The position numbers and the translations under genes were made by a program. Shown here piece by piece: positions 1 to 11,653 of a stretch of 64,000 nt of DNA (position 1 is its first letter; each line of letters begins with the position of its first letter). The notes under the pieces are model-generated. The model worked only from the letters and a program-made list of their open reading frames with translations, was not told where the DNA came from and did no database searches. The DNA comes from Eledone cirrhosa (lineage: Eukaryota), in assembly GCA_964016885.1 (NCBI GenBank), contig OZ024742.1:76074001-76138000 (forward strand). The letters are read 5' to 3'.

Positions 1-594
1 AATTCGGGTATTGAAAATTTACCCGGACCCCTGGAAGGTTGGTAAAATTCAGTATATATATAAATGAATTAAGAGTGACAAAGGTGCTGTGTGGTTAATA
101 ATAAATATTGTTATAAAACATAAGAGAAACACAAACATAAGAACAATTCCCGCTCTTCGTTTGACTGCTGCGGGTCGCTGATGTTTTAGTGCATTAAAGA
201 CAGTACATCTTGCCACAGTGCATTAATAACTACGAGGTATAGTTATTAGGGAAGGAAACAACAACAACAAAAAAGCAAAATTAAACTGAGACGATATCGA
301 AGAGAACGACAGAAAAAGAAAATAAACAGAAGAAAAAACATACCGGTAGAGAGGGAAAAACATGAGACAGTTGCACATGTAAGTAGCAGTAACCGATGGG
401 AGAGAGGGAGAAGTTAAAAAGGAGACCGATCGTACGCCCTAAATCCTTATTAACAGCACGAAAGAGAGAGAGCGAAGAGAACACGTCTGATCTTAGCGAG
501 AGCAGTCGCAAACGGGGAGGGACTAAGAAAACCGGGAGAGGTGGGGAGTGGTAAGTGAGTAGAGAGAGAAGGGAAGAAAGGAGCTAATGGTAGG

Positions 595-609
595 AGAGAG
601 AGAGAGAGA

Positions 610-675
<66 letters not shown>
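595..675. repeat. (GA)n microsatellite
   Basis: Direct reading. It is one of dozens of (TA)n, (CA)n and (GA)n tracts that generate the spurious YIYI/SLSL/CVCV ORFs. Confidence 0.95.
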
Positions 676-678
<3 letters not shown>

Positions 679-1186
679 ATTGAGTGGGAGAGAGAGAGAA
701 AGGGATAGAAAGAAAGAGGGAGAAAGGAGAGAGGGCAAGAAATAATCCTAGATGGTAGAACTTAAGTTCAAAACCAGAATTAACAACAAGCAAGATAGAG
801 AGAGTAGAACGAAGGTCATGGCAATAAATCGATATGAATTAAAATTGGCAAAGGCACTGTGTGGTTACTAATAAATAATGTTTAGAAAACGTAAGAGAAA
901 TATAAACATACGGTCATTCCTGCTCTTCGGCTGTCTACTGTGGACCCCATTTTAACTTCTCCCTCTCCGTCATTGGTAATTGCTATTTAGATGTACTACT
1001 GTCATGTGTTTTCACCTCTCTATAAGTATGTTTTTCTTCTGTTTTTTCCTTCTGTTTATTTCCTTTTTTTTTTCTATCGTTCTCTTTGCTATCGTCTCTG
1101 TTATTTTTATTGTTTCATTCCCTAATAACTATACTGGGTAGTTGTTAACGCAGTGTGTTGAGGGACCACATTAGGCGATTTAGCGA

Positions 1187-1908
1187 TCTTTCTCTATAAT
1201 TCTTAGTCTTTCTCTTTTTAGATAGATACATACATATAACGTCGCGCCCTTATAATATCTGTCTGCATTACGTCACTTCCCCGAGGATGTCTGTATGTGT
1301 GTGTGTCTGTGAGTTTGAATCACTAAAACTCGAGAAGTACCCAACCTATTTTTTTCAAACTTTACATGTGTATTACTTATGTTTGAGGGAGTGTTATGCA
1401 CATAACAAACATTCAACTTTTTGATATCATACGGTCCGCATTAAGTAAAAACTGCGCTTTTTAAGCTTTTTATGGTTTTTTTTAGGTGTTACGTCAGACC
1501 GATTTCCTTGAAATTGTAACTATGTATTAGTCAGTCTCTTCTTCATACCGTGAGCAAAGAAATCCAACTTTTTTATGGCCTAGGGCACGCATTAGGTGAA
1601 AAACTTCATTTATTCAGCTGTTTAGGGCTTTTTGGAGGCGTTAGGTCTAGCCGATTTTCCCGAAATTTCAAGGCATATTATGCACATAAAAGAAATTCAT
1701 TTTCTTGATCCCCTAGGGCCCGCATTATGTGAAAACCTGCATTTTTCCTTCATCATCGAGGAAAACCTTGAAGATTATCCGGCCATCGGATTATTCGGTT
1801 TATTTTCTTGACATATTGTCTAGGCATGTAGTTTTTCCAGGATTAGGTCTGTTGGCTGCCCGCGTTCCTAAATACCTTATCCCATGCAACGCCGGGTACC
1901 ACTGCTAG
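1187..1908 (+). mobile_element. Non-autonomous Helitron
   Basis: 5' A|TC start (TCTTTCTCTATAAT). 3' end CCCATGCAACGCCGGG hairpin remnant followed by CTAG|T at 1905-1909. Three diverged ~155-bp internal repeats (~1340-1750). The 3' end is nearly the same as that of the helicase-bearing Helitron at 62373. Confidence 0.7.
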
Positions 1909-2515
1909 TATATAATAAAAGAGCTGGAAAAAGATAGTGTGTGTGAAAGGGAGAGGTAAATACCGACTGCGACGCAAGGTGGATTCGGATTGTGATTTCA
2001 ACACATAAAAAGGATTACAGAGCACTCAAGCTGAAACAGTTTGGCGCCGCAATCGTGATTTTAATTATCTATATACTAACTCTGCATCCCACCATTGAGA
2101 TCTCCCGTGATAAGTATTCTCCCCTGTCTCAGCACTGTTTGTCTGTATGTGTCCAGGTGTTGGTGAGAGTAGATAACTATATGCTGATGCGTACATGTGT
2201 ATTGGGTTATTGGAGAAATAACATTCAATATAATTATAGATTCCTTCAGTTCTGCTTTGATACGTGTATATCTAAGACTCAATCATCGCTTTTGTGAATA
2301 TACAGAGCTTTTTTTGCATTCGCAGTTGGAATTATTTTTCTTACTTTCAGCAAGAATCTCTTTAATGTATTCTTCCATGGAACTACTTGCTCACTCGCAA
2401 ATTGCCTCCACTTTTCTCTCACTCTGTATCCTATACTATTATATTTTCATTTACTTAAGTACACATACCTTCATCCTGACTCATTTATTTTTTCCTGTAT
2501 TCATTCATTCTTAAA

Positions 2516-2566
<51 letters not shown>

Positions 2567-2600
2567 GAATGCAATCTCAGCAATGAAACAACCTTCAGTG

Positions 2601-2694
<94 letters not shown>

Positions 2695-2765
2695 CATACA
2701 TATATATGTGTGTGTATATATATATATACACACATATATATATATATACATATATATATGTGTAT

Positions 2766-2940
2766 ATAGGAACAAGTATGACCCCGACTGTAGAGCTCAA
2801 GCCGTTTCGACGGCTATTTCTGGAAACGGCTTGAGCTCTGCCGTCGGGGTCATACTTTTTCCTATTACCCACTCTACCACCCTAAGTATTGAGTACTTTG
2901 GTGCGTTATGGTCCATCTGGTTCCTTACCACACTTCCTTC
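2766..2940. repeat. Short fold-back element in (TA)n; other partial copies at ~28438-28498, ~35845-35940 and ~57228-57310
   Basis: 43-bp inverted arms at 2766-2808 and 2823-2865. The right arm continues into a tail (…AGTATTGAGTACTTTGGTGCGTTATGGTCCATCTGGTTCCTTACCAC) that recurs elsewhere next to (TA)n. Confidence 0.75.
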
Positions 2941-3010
2941 GTTATATATGTGTGTATATATATATACATATATATATATATGGAAAATTTAGTGTCTAGA
3001 TTTGAGCGAG

Positions 3011-3107
3011 CTTCCTGAAGAATCCGGCGCTCGAGTTTATATAATTATTATATAATTATTACATAATTATTGGAAAACTCAAAACACGGACGAAACCATG
3101 GTAGAGG
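3011..3107 (+). ncRNA. Type I hammerhead ribozyme motif
   Basis: cttc-CTGAAGA-[tccg…gagttt…aaactc…cgga stem II]-GAAA-C-CATG-GTA-gagg. Palindromic stem III ACCATGGT and a GUA cleavage triplet. Confidence 0.7.
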
Positions 3108-3374
3108 TATTTAAATGTATTCTATTTTCTCCTAGTTTATTTTAAACCTAATTCTGTTTAGTTGACTATATCTAGGCGATTACGCTGTCGAAATATTCGC
3201 TAAATATTCCGCTACGGCCGACGCGAAGCGCAAGTTTTGGTTATTTGTCGGAGATTCCTTCATAGAAGCCTCATTCTTATAGCCCCGTCTATTCGATTTT
3301 TTATATAGTTAATTATGCTAATTGGGAGAGGAAATAGTATATATTTTATCTTGTGATTCTATAGACATGTTTTA

Positions 3375-3431
<57 letters not shown>

Positions 3432-3486
3432 TATGTGTGTGTGTGTGTATATATACATATATAAAGAGAGAGATAGAGAGAGATAG

Positions 3487-3585
<99 letters not shown>

Positions 3586-3870
3586 GAGATTTGGAATATC
3601 TGGACGTAACACTCGGGATTTTAGATGTCTCTCGTCCTCTGTGTAGGAGAGGGATTTGACATGTGGCAGGCACTGTCACTCCGGGATGTTCAGCAGGACC
3701 GTTTGCGAAAGTCCATCTCAGATCAGATGACCCTGGCGTTCTGTGTCTTTCGTTTGTATATATATTTTAACAAAACATATTCTTAATGTTTCCCCTTCAA
3801 AACATGTTTTACGTGTTTCCTTGCTTTTGTTCGTTGTCATGTCCTCCCTTTGTTAATTTTCATAAGTTTA

Positions 3871-4064
3871 TCTTCTTCTTCTTCTTCTTCTTCTTCTTCT
3901 TCTTCTTCTTCTTCTTCTTCTTCGTCGTCGTCGTCGTCGTCGTTGTCGTCTTCTTCGTCGTCGTCGTCGTAGTCGTCGTCTCCTCTTCCTCCTCCGCCGC
4001 CTCCTCCTCCTCCTCCTCCTCCTTCTTCTTCTTCTTCTTCTTCTTCTTCTTCTTCTTCTTCTTC
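3871..4064. repeat. Compound trinucleotide microsatellite (TTC)n(GTC)n(TCC)n(TTC)n
   Basis: Direct reading. Confidence 0.95.
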
Positions 4065-4138
4065 TAAGCAACCGAACTCCAGTTTATCCTGCTTCAACAA
4101 TTACACCGGTTCTAAGTGTCATTTACTGGTTTATTATA

Positions 4139-4256
4139 TCAAATCCTGCCGAGGTTAACTTTGCCTTTCATCCTTACGGGGTCGATAAAATAAAGTACTA
4201 ATAATGTACTGGGTAATTGCTGGCCTCGTGCCGAAAAAGTAGAAACAATTATTATA
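4139..4256 (+). mobile_element. tRNA-derived SINE family A, 5'-truncated
   Basis: Core CCGAGGTTAACTTTGCCTTTCATCCTTACGGGGTCGATAAAATAAAGTAC shared by at least 7 copies in the window; (TTA)n tail. Confidence 0.85.
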
Positions 4257-4479
4257 CCAAAAACCCTATTATTTAATCAGAAGTTCTCGTTTGTGGTTAG
4301 GTGTTTGATATTTCGAAATTTTCATATTTTTTCAGAAAAAACACATTTTTTTTTAAAGAGCGTTTATATTTATTTTATTACACAAACATATCAAAAGCAA
4401 ACAAGTAAAAACAAATAACACTTATAAAGCAACTTATACGAGTCAGAAATGACTGGATTTCCTGGATTTGCGGTTGTTT

Positions 4480-5615
4480 TCCAGGTCGCATTCCCACACT
4501 AGCCCCAAGATATAGTCCCCATCATATTTTTCATTGTAGAGGCCCTGGTACCTCCGCTCTATCTCTTTCACATCTTGGTGAAATCGTTCGCCTTGTTCTT
4601 CTGAGTAGGCGCCCATATTGTCCTTTGAATATTTCTAGGTGAGCGTGCATCATATGGAGTTTAAGCGACATCCTGCATACAATGGCGCCAAAAGCCTTTA
4701 TCAGATCCTGACTAGTTGCTGGTAGTTTTCAGCTCTGTAGTTGCACAGGAAGCCCTTAACAACTGCCTTGAAACAGTTCCATGCTGTTCTCTTAATCATA
4801 TTGCGCGTATTGGAGAACTCGGTAGACTCAAACACCTTCTTTATCTGAGGTCCAACAAAAATTCCACCTTTCATTTCTGCCTCAGATAACTTGGGGAAGA
4901 ACTCAAGAAGGTACTTAAAAGCGGCTGATGCTTGGTTGAGAGCCTTCACAAACTGCTTCATCAACCCCAACTTAATGTGCAGTGGTGACATGAGCACAAT
5001 CCTGGCATCAACCAGTGGTTCACACATGACGTACCGGGTGGGACTACAAATTCTGTTCGCTGCTCCCAGTTCTTTCTTTTGTAGTGGTCAGAGGTGGCTC
5101 TGCAGTCTCAAAGGCAAATGAAGCATTGGAATTTGATAAAGCCTCCTTGGAGTCCAAGCAGGAAAGCCACCATCTTGAAGTCTCCAATTATTTCCCAATT
5201 GTACTGGTTGTATTGTAGAGCTTCCAAGAGGACTTTCACACTGTAGTAATCTTCCTTCAGGCAGACTAAATGAGCTAGGGGCAATGTCGGGAACTTGTTT
5301 CCATTGTGGAGGAGGACAGCCTTCAAACTTGTAGTGGAGCTGTCTATAAATAGCCGCCACTCCTTGGGCACAAACGGCACCCCAATAACGTCAAACTGTC
5401 CAGGAACGTCATGGCATAAGCAGAAGATATCCCTAAGAGTGTAAAAGCTTGAGAAAGGTTCGTGTCGAATTCTCTGACTTGTCATCTGCACTTCCTCATT
5501 GACCAAGTTCCACTGCTTCATCCTGGAGACGAATAGCTCTGCATTGGACTTGGTCAGACCCATATCCCTGACCAAGTCATTGACTTCTTTTGGGTTTGGG
5601 AAGTGAAGAACTTTT
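4480..5615 (-). pseudogene. Frameshifted transposase (Chapaev3-like)
   Basis: ORFs 5108-5575 and 4701-5027 contain EWRLFIDSS.TSLKAVLLHNGN, GDFKMVAFLLGLQGG and PLHIKLGLMKQFVKAL. Downstream is NMGAYSEEQGERFHQD…ERRYQG (~4545-4620). Confidence 0.85.
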
Positions 5616-6069
5616 TCTGGTACCCAGTATCAATATATCTCTTTAATCTACTTTTTAACAATGTTATACTTTATTGCAACTTTATAATTTTCTTTATTTT
5701 ATAATTTAAATTTAACCTGTATATCAAAAAAATCATTTAACATAAGCAAATTAAACTTACATACAACGTAAAATCCAGCATACAAATAATTCTAGTGAAT
5801 AGCTTAGAATATTTACAAACCCCAACTTTTAACTGTTTAATAGCACTTTTTTTATTTATTTGGGACCTAAGCAACACAAAAAAGTGATTACAAGCCAAGA
5901 ACAGAGAAAAAAAAATTTTGTTACACGGTGTTATTTTTCGTCTTGTTTCGTTGTAGTGTCCTCTCTTTGTTGATTTCCCTAAACATATATATATATATAC
6001 GTACGACAAACATTGATGGAATTCAATTCAAGCACTTAACGTATTTTTTCCACATAGGAAAAACGGAGT

Positions 6070-6375
6070 AAATTTAGAATAAGATAATTGTTTCTACTTT
6101 TGGCACAAGGCCAGCAATTACCCAGAGTATTACTGGTACTTTATTTTATCCACCCCGTAAGGATGAAAGGCAAAGTTAACAAATTTAGAATAAGATAATT
6201 GTTTCTACATTTGGCACAAGGCCAGCAATTACTCCAGTGTATTACTGGTACTTATTTTATCGACCCTGTAAGGATGAAAGGCAAACTTAACATCGGCGGG
6301 ATTTGAACTCAGTCCGTAAAGGGACGTAACTATGCTGGAAAGCATGGCGTTCGACTCTCTACCGATACTGCCAAA
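6070..6375 (-). mobile_element. SINE family A with 111-bp tandem duplication of its 3' part
   Basis: Reverse complement of the SINE A core. AAATTTAGAATAAGATAATTG repeats at 6070 and 6181. Confidence 0.85.
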
Positions 6376-6419
6376 AGGCAAAGTAATTTAAGATGGTAAA
6401 GTCCTTTATTGATAGTGCT

Positions 6420-8350
6420 GTGCTAAATATTTCAATGACGACGGTAACCATACCATTCCGTATACACTGTGCCATGACATCATCAGAATGTACGAGAGAT
6501 ACAAGGACACACGCCTTGTCCGTTCCCTTATCGTTTCACTTTGGAATGCCTCGGGAACGTAACCTTATTATGTAAGACGCTGTCTGATGATGTCATGGCA
6601 CCCATACTATAATCTTCTGAAACCATAACCTTCTTAATAAAAAAATTGGAAGTGTTCGCGTCGTGCCAGCACCGCTTCCGACACTCCTTCCAAAACTTTA
6701 AACCCAATATATAGCAATGTCAGGCTTGAACCCATCACCACTTCTAGCACTACACCTCAAGGGCACACCTTACACCACAACTCCACACTCACTGATCCAC
6801 AATATCTTAACACAAATCGTTCCACCTATCTATACCTTTATACACTAGAAATATCCCCATCTACACCTACTTTTAGTATAATTACTTTCAATTACTTATA
6901 ATTATATAGTGATACAATACAGTCTATGTAAACTTTAAATACCAGATTCGACAATGGATTATTTGTGCAAATGTATTTCTATGTATGGAATGCTATCATT
7001 GGATATATATAAGATTAATTTATTAACATAAGAGATCTGTATAACCTATATGTTGAGTGCAATGAATTGTGTATGAGTTGTATGTGAGTTATATATGCAT
7101 GTATAACTTGATGGATGGATTAGTGACATTGTAAGTGAGAGATGCTTTTTGGTCTGCCCTAGAGATATATTTAGCTTTGCCATGCAGTTAACCATACGCT
7201 GCCCCAGAGCTTACCAGGGGTTATATAGACGTAGTTCTAATAGGTCCCCTGGCAGGTACTGTGAGTAGACTACATTTGCAAAGATCTTTGATATAAAGAT
7301 GTGGCTCTTGTGTGGAATATTCAGTTGTAGCACTCTATGATAGGGAGTAATCATCCTAATATAGATACCTGTGTGTACTTCATGATAGAGTAGACTGTAA
7401 TTAAAATTAGGATACCTAAAATTGGAAACTGAATATATAACCGTCTATATAAGGGACTCAATTGAGACATCTTATAATGTATGTTGGAATAATAAATTTA
7501 GTTATAGAAATCAGCTAGTTACCTCCCCTTACGCATTAACTCCCCTTAATCACACACATACTTCCGGATAATAAACCGATGTAAATTCTCGCAACAGAAA
7601 CAACTTGCTCTATAAAATTGGATTAATGAACACTCAGCCGCAGCAAGCTAAAATAATTTAATTTAATGCATCAAACATCCAATACGGAATCATCGTTAAT
7701 TATGTGAAGGATGTATAAACTATATATTACGTTTCTTGAATGTGAACATGGTTGTGGATACAAAAACCATAACTTTCTTTTGTTTCTCCTTTATACTATT
7801 TTTCTGCACGCATACTTCTGTATCATATACAAAAAATACCTTACCACTACAACTTCCATAATACTCTTACTTACCCGCTTTAATAACCCCTGGTAAGCTC
7901 TGGGGCAGCGTATGGTTGACTGCATGGTGTTACATGTAATATTCTATTACATGTAACATCCTGCCGCATAATAATCATATATAAATGAGACACACGTGCA
8001 TGCCCCACGTGTAACTAACGCATAAAATAACTAAAATAACTACTACATCTGACTACAAACTATCTTCTCGCATTATCTATGTTAACTGCCGATTGTATTA
8101 CAATTTTGGTTTGATTTTGTTCTAATGTGATTTTGATTTTGAATTTGAATTGCTATACAGAAATATAATATAAGATATGTCACTCCACTGTACATCAATA
8201 TATACATATGTATCTGTATATCTCTTGCGTTGGAAAGGAGGTCAATCATGTGTACAAACATTGAAAAATGCTCCGAAGAATCCAAGCCTAGGTTTGGATG
8301 AAACAATTGTAAGTGAATAAATGCTTTGAACATAGCTTTGATTCTTGTGA
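6420..8350. mobile_element. Old rearranged PLE remnant (GIY-YIG C-terminus, internal inversion, terminal HHR)
   Basis: + strand NLLNKK/LEVFASCQHRFRH at ~6627-6690 matches the PLE LLN…E…CRHR motif. 45-bp inverted repeat at 7180-7224 and 7883-7927. HHR-like motif at 8269-8315. Confidence 0.5.
8269..8315 (+). ncRNA. Hammerhead-like motif with one core substitution
   Basis: tgct-CCGAAGA-atccaagcc ta ggtttggat-GAAA-C-AATT-GTA-agtg, followed by AATAAA. Confidence 0.55.
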
Positions 8351-8356
8351 ATTCTC

Positions 8357-8442
<86 letters not shown>

Positions 8443-9076
8443 AGAAGGGGTGCAAATAATAAATAGTTAGTCTTACACCCGTTTCAATCAACATTCGTAC
8501 TTGTAGATATTTCAGCCAGTTCATGGAAAGATGAAAACCAATACTGGCTTCAATGAGATTTGAATCCAAATTGTAAAACTACGGAAGGCTGGTTACTCTC
8601 AGCGCTATTACACGATTCTATCAACCCACAGTTAATAGGTAAAGTATAGATCAATCTGTACATCTGCTCCTCACTATTTCCCTAGGTTTGAAACATTATC
8701 TCACTATACATGTTTAAAAGTTTAAATGCTTACCTCAGATTCAGCCCATTGAATTTCTGATAATCTCAAACTATGCATCTGTCACCACATTACATCCCAT
8801 TAACATCCTAGCATGAGATGTATTCAGCACATTTTGTAACGCTATGATTAAATATCACAGTATGAGTGCAATAAAATGTACACTGAGAGGAAATTGATCC
8901 ATTTAGATTCAAGAACAATCCAAAATACCATATTTCACCACGTTTATTGAGATTTTACGACCACCATCTCAAAATAAGTCTCCTTTGAACGTAGACGTAA
9001 TAAATTTAATATAAAATGGTGCCGAGCACCTGGGGTGAAACTTGGAGACATGGTATAGTCAAAGGTATACATTGTG

Positions 9077-9122
<46 letters not shown>

Positions 9123-9178
9123 ATATATATATATATGCACACATACACATATATACATATACATATATATACATACAC

Positions 9179-9254
<76 letters not shown>

Positions 9255-9263
9255 TGTATATAT

Positions 9264-9376
<113 letters not shown>

Positions 9377-10486
9377 CGAATATGTATATATATATATACT
9401 CATGCACGCATGCACACTCGCATATGAGTTAGTATCAGGTAGACATTAAGCATACAAGTTATATGTTCTTAAGTATATCTTTCGATAAAATCTGAATACT
9501 TAAGTGTATATATGTACATATGTATAAATGTGTGTGTATATATATGTGTACATACATTAAAGTCATGTTTATTTTGTTTTCTTTATGTCTTCCTCACATA
9601 TGAAAATAAATCGTTTTTTGATTTTTCCTTTCGATTCGATGATGTCTGTTTTTTTTTTGTTTTTGCTTGTTTAATTACTTGATGTATTCCGTGATATAGA
9701 TAGCTTGCTGTTACTGTTTTTGTGGCGGCTATTCTTGCTGATCATATTGAATATTGCCAGTATCAGTTTGTTATCACTTACCTCATTTTTCTTTTTTTTA
9801 TCTGTTTGTCTTTGTTCATTTTTTCATTCTTCTTCTTTATACAGCAATAATATTTCTCAGCTTAGAATATCTTTTTTACTTTGTTTTCAAAGATCTTATC
9901 TGAGATTTTAGGCAATAACTGATAAAATACATGTCGATTTATCGATTTAAAATATAGCTGCATGTTTAAAAGAATTAAGTTTAATGTGTCTGTGCTATTA
10001 GTTTGACAGTTGGCCATCGTGTATGTGGTTTCTTTTATCTAGAATCAATGGAACACTATTGAAATCTAACGTTGCGCGCTTTAAATTCTTTTAGAAAATA
10101 TAGTCTTTTAATGTAGTTACTTATTGTTGTTGTTGACTTTTTCGCTTTGATTATATGTTATATTTTCTTATTTTTCACTGAAACTTTCATCGAACAACCA
10201 ACGAATCGAATATATTTTTCGAAAATATGAACACGGGATATTGTATTGCCTCTATCGGATATATTGCTTATTTATACTTTTTATCGTTTGGTTGTAATGT
10301 GTATCCGTAGTTCTGCGTGTATGTGCCTTTTTAAGTGTATTTATTATTCATGGCACTGTTCTCGTTGCCCAATGTTTTTCTATTTTTCTAATTGTATGAC
10401 ACCATTTCAGCTTTTCTTTTATGTTTTCTATATACGTTTTTGTGTGGTATACACATATATTTTTTTTCTTTTGTTTCATTTGTACG

Positions 10487-10965
10487 ATAAATAGGATCAC
10501 GGGAATAGCAACAGTTAAGTAGTTTCAATCCGTCAAACAATGAAAAATGAGGATAAATCTTCCATGCATACACATAAAAGTGAAATTGTAACAGTGTATG
10601 AATGTATAAGTTGGGTTTTTTTTTCATGATTATTTATCTAATCTGTAAAATTCTCATTATGCGCTGGAAAAGTCAGAAATAGGGAGTTTTCAGAACAAAA
10701 GTATATGCATATGTGTGTGTATGTACGTACACGTGATGTGATTGTGTGGTTGTGTGGTCTTCATTTTCTTTTATTCTGAAAACTCCTTATTATCGCCCGG
10801 TCCAACGCTTATTGAGTATTATATAGAATAGATAAATAGTCATGAAAAAAAGCTTATACATTCGTATGCTGCTACAAGTTCACTTTTACGTGTATGAATG
10901 TAAGATTAATCTCCAGTGACGGATTGAAACTACTTAAATGTTACTATTCCCCTGACCCTATTTAA
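10487..10965. repeat. Diverged ~200-bp inverted repeat (MITE or fold-back element)
   Basis: Arms ~10487-10701 and ~10768-10965 are reverse complements (e.g. AAGTAGTTTCAATCCGTCA / TGACGGATTGAAACTACTT), with a ~65-bp spacer. Confidence 0.75.
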
Positions 10966-11012
10966 ACTACAAATAAAACAATTGTAGTCCTGTAGAAGAC
11001 ATGCACAAACAA

Positions 11013-11069
<57 letters not shown>

Positions 11070-11130
11070 ATATATATAATATAATAGAAAAAACGAGGAC
11101 GTTTCGTTTACATGTGAAAAATATATATTG

Positions 11131-11235
11131 CGTATCAACCTGTTACGCGCGTTTCGCAGAGGATTGGCTGAAGGTGACCCATAGCAATTATGGCTCCGAT
11201 TCCAGTTCGATCTGCTCCTCAGACTGTTGATATCG
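11131..11235 (-). ncRNA. Type I hammerhead ribozyme motif in a small TA-flanked element
   Basis: Minus strand: tcaacagt-CTGAGGA-gcag…ctgc-GAAA-C-GCGC-GTA-acaggttga. A related truncated copy lies at 16745-16895. Confidence 0.7.
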
Positions 11236-11653
11236 AAATATGTATCGAAATAGTTTCTACAGTACTATAACTATTTTATTCGTATGAAATTGGCATACAT
11301 GGACATTCTTAATGATTTCTTGCGAAGGAAATCGTTATAATTCAGTAGTAGTCATTTTATATATATAATAAACATGCCAATTCACTACCCGTATATAAAG
11401 TATATTTTTAACTCTGATTACACCCGACACAATTCTTTCTATCCATCTATCTATAAATATATATATAGTTCATGGAAAAACTGAGATACAAAGTCTCATT
11501 AGTTTCTCGCTTTATGTGGAAAAGGGGAAAGAATGTTCGACATTTCGGGCTTGAACTCTTCTTCATGAGTACAAAAAGTAGAGACAGGATCACAAAGAAT
11601 AGATAGAGAAAATAAAAGAAGATACTAAGTATATATATATATATATTCCTTAC

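Larger units (their letters stand above)
4104..5930 (-). mobile_element. Degenerate DNA transposon, Chapaev3 (CMC)-like, with a SINE inserted near its 3' end
   Basis: Contains transposase fragments (next feature). Termini tta|CACCG… and …GTTACACGGTG|tta give a putative TTA target-site duplication. The left boundary is less certain. Confidence 0.65.

Noticed and set aside
8735-8882. Minus-strand segment with good acceptor (CTCAG) and donor (GAG|GTAAGC)
   Set aside because: Stops occur in all three frames. At most a non-coding exon, which is unsupported.
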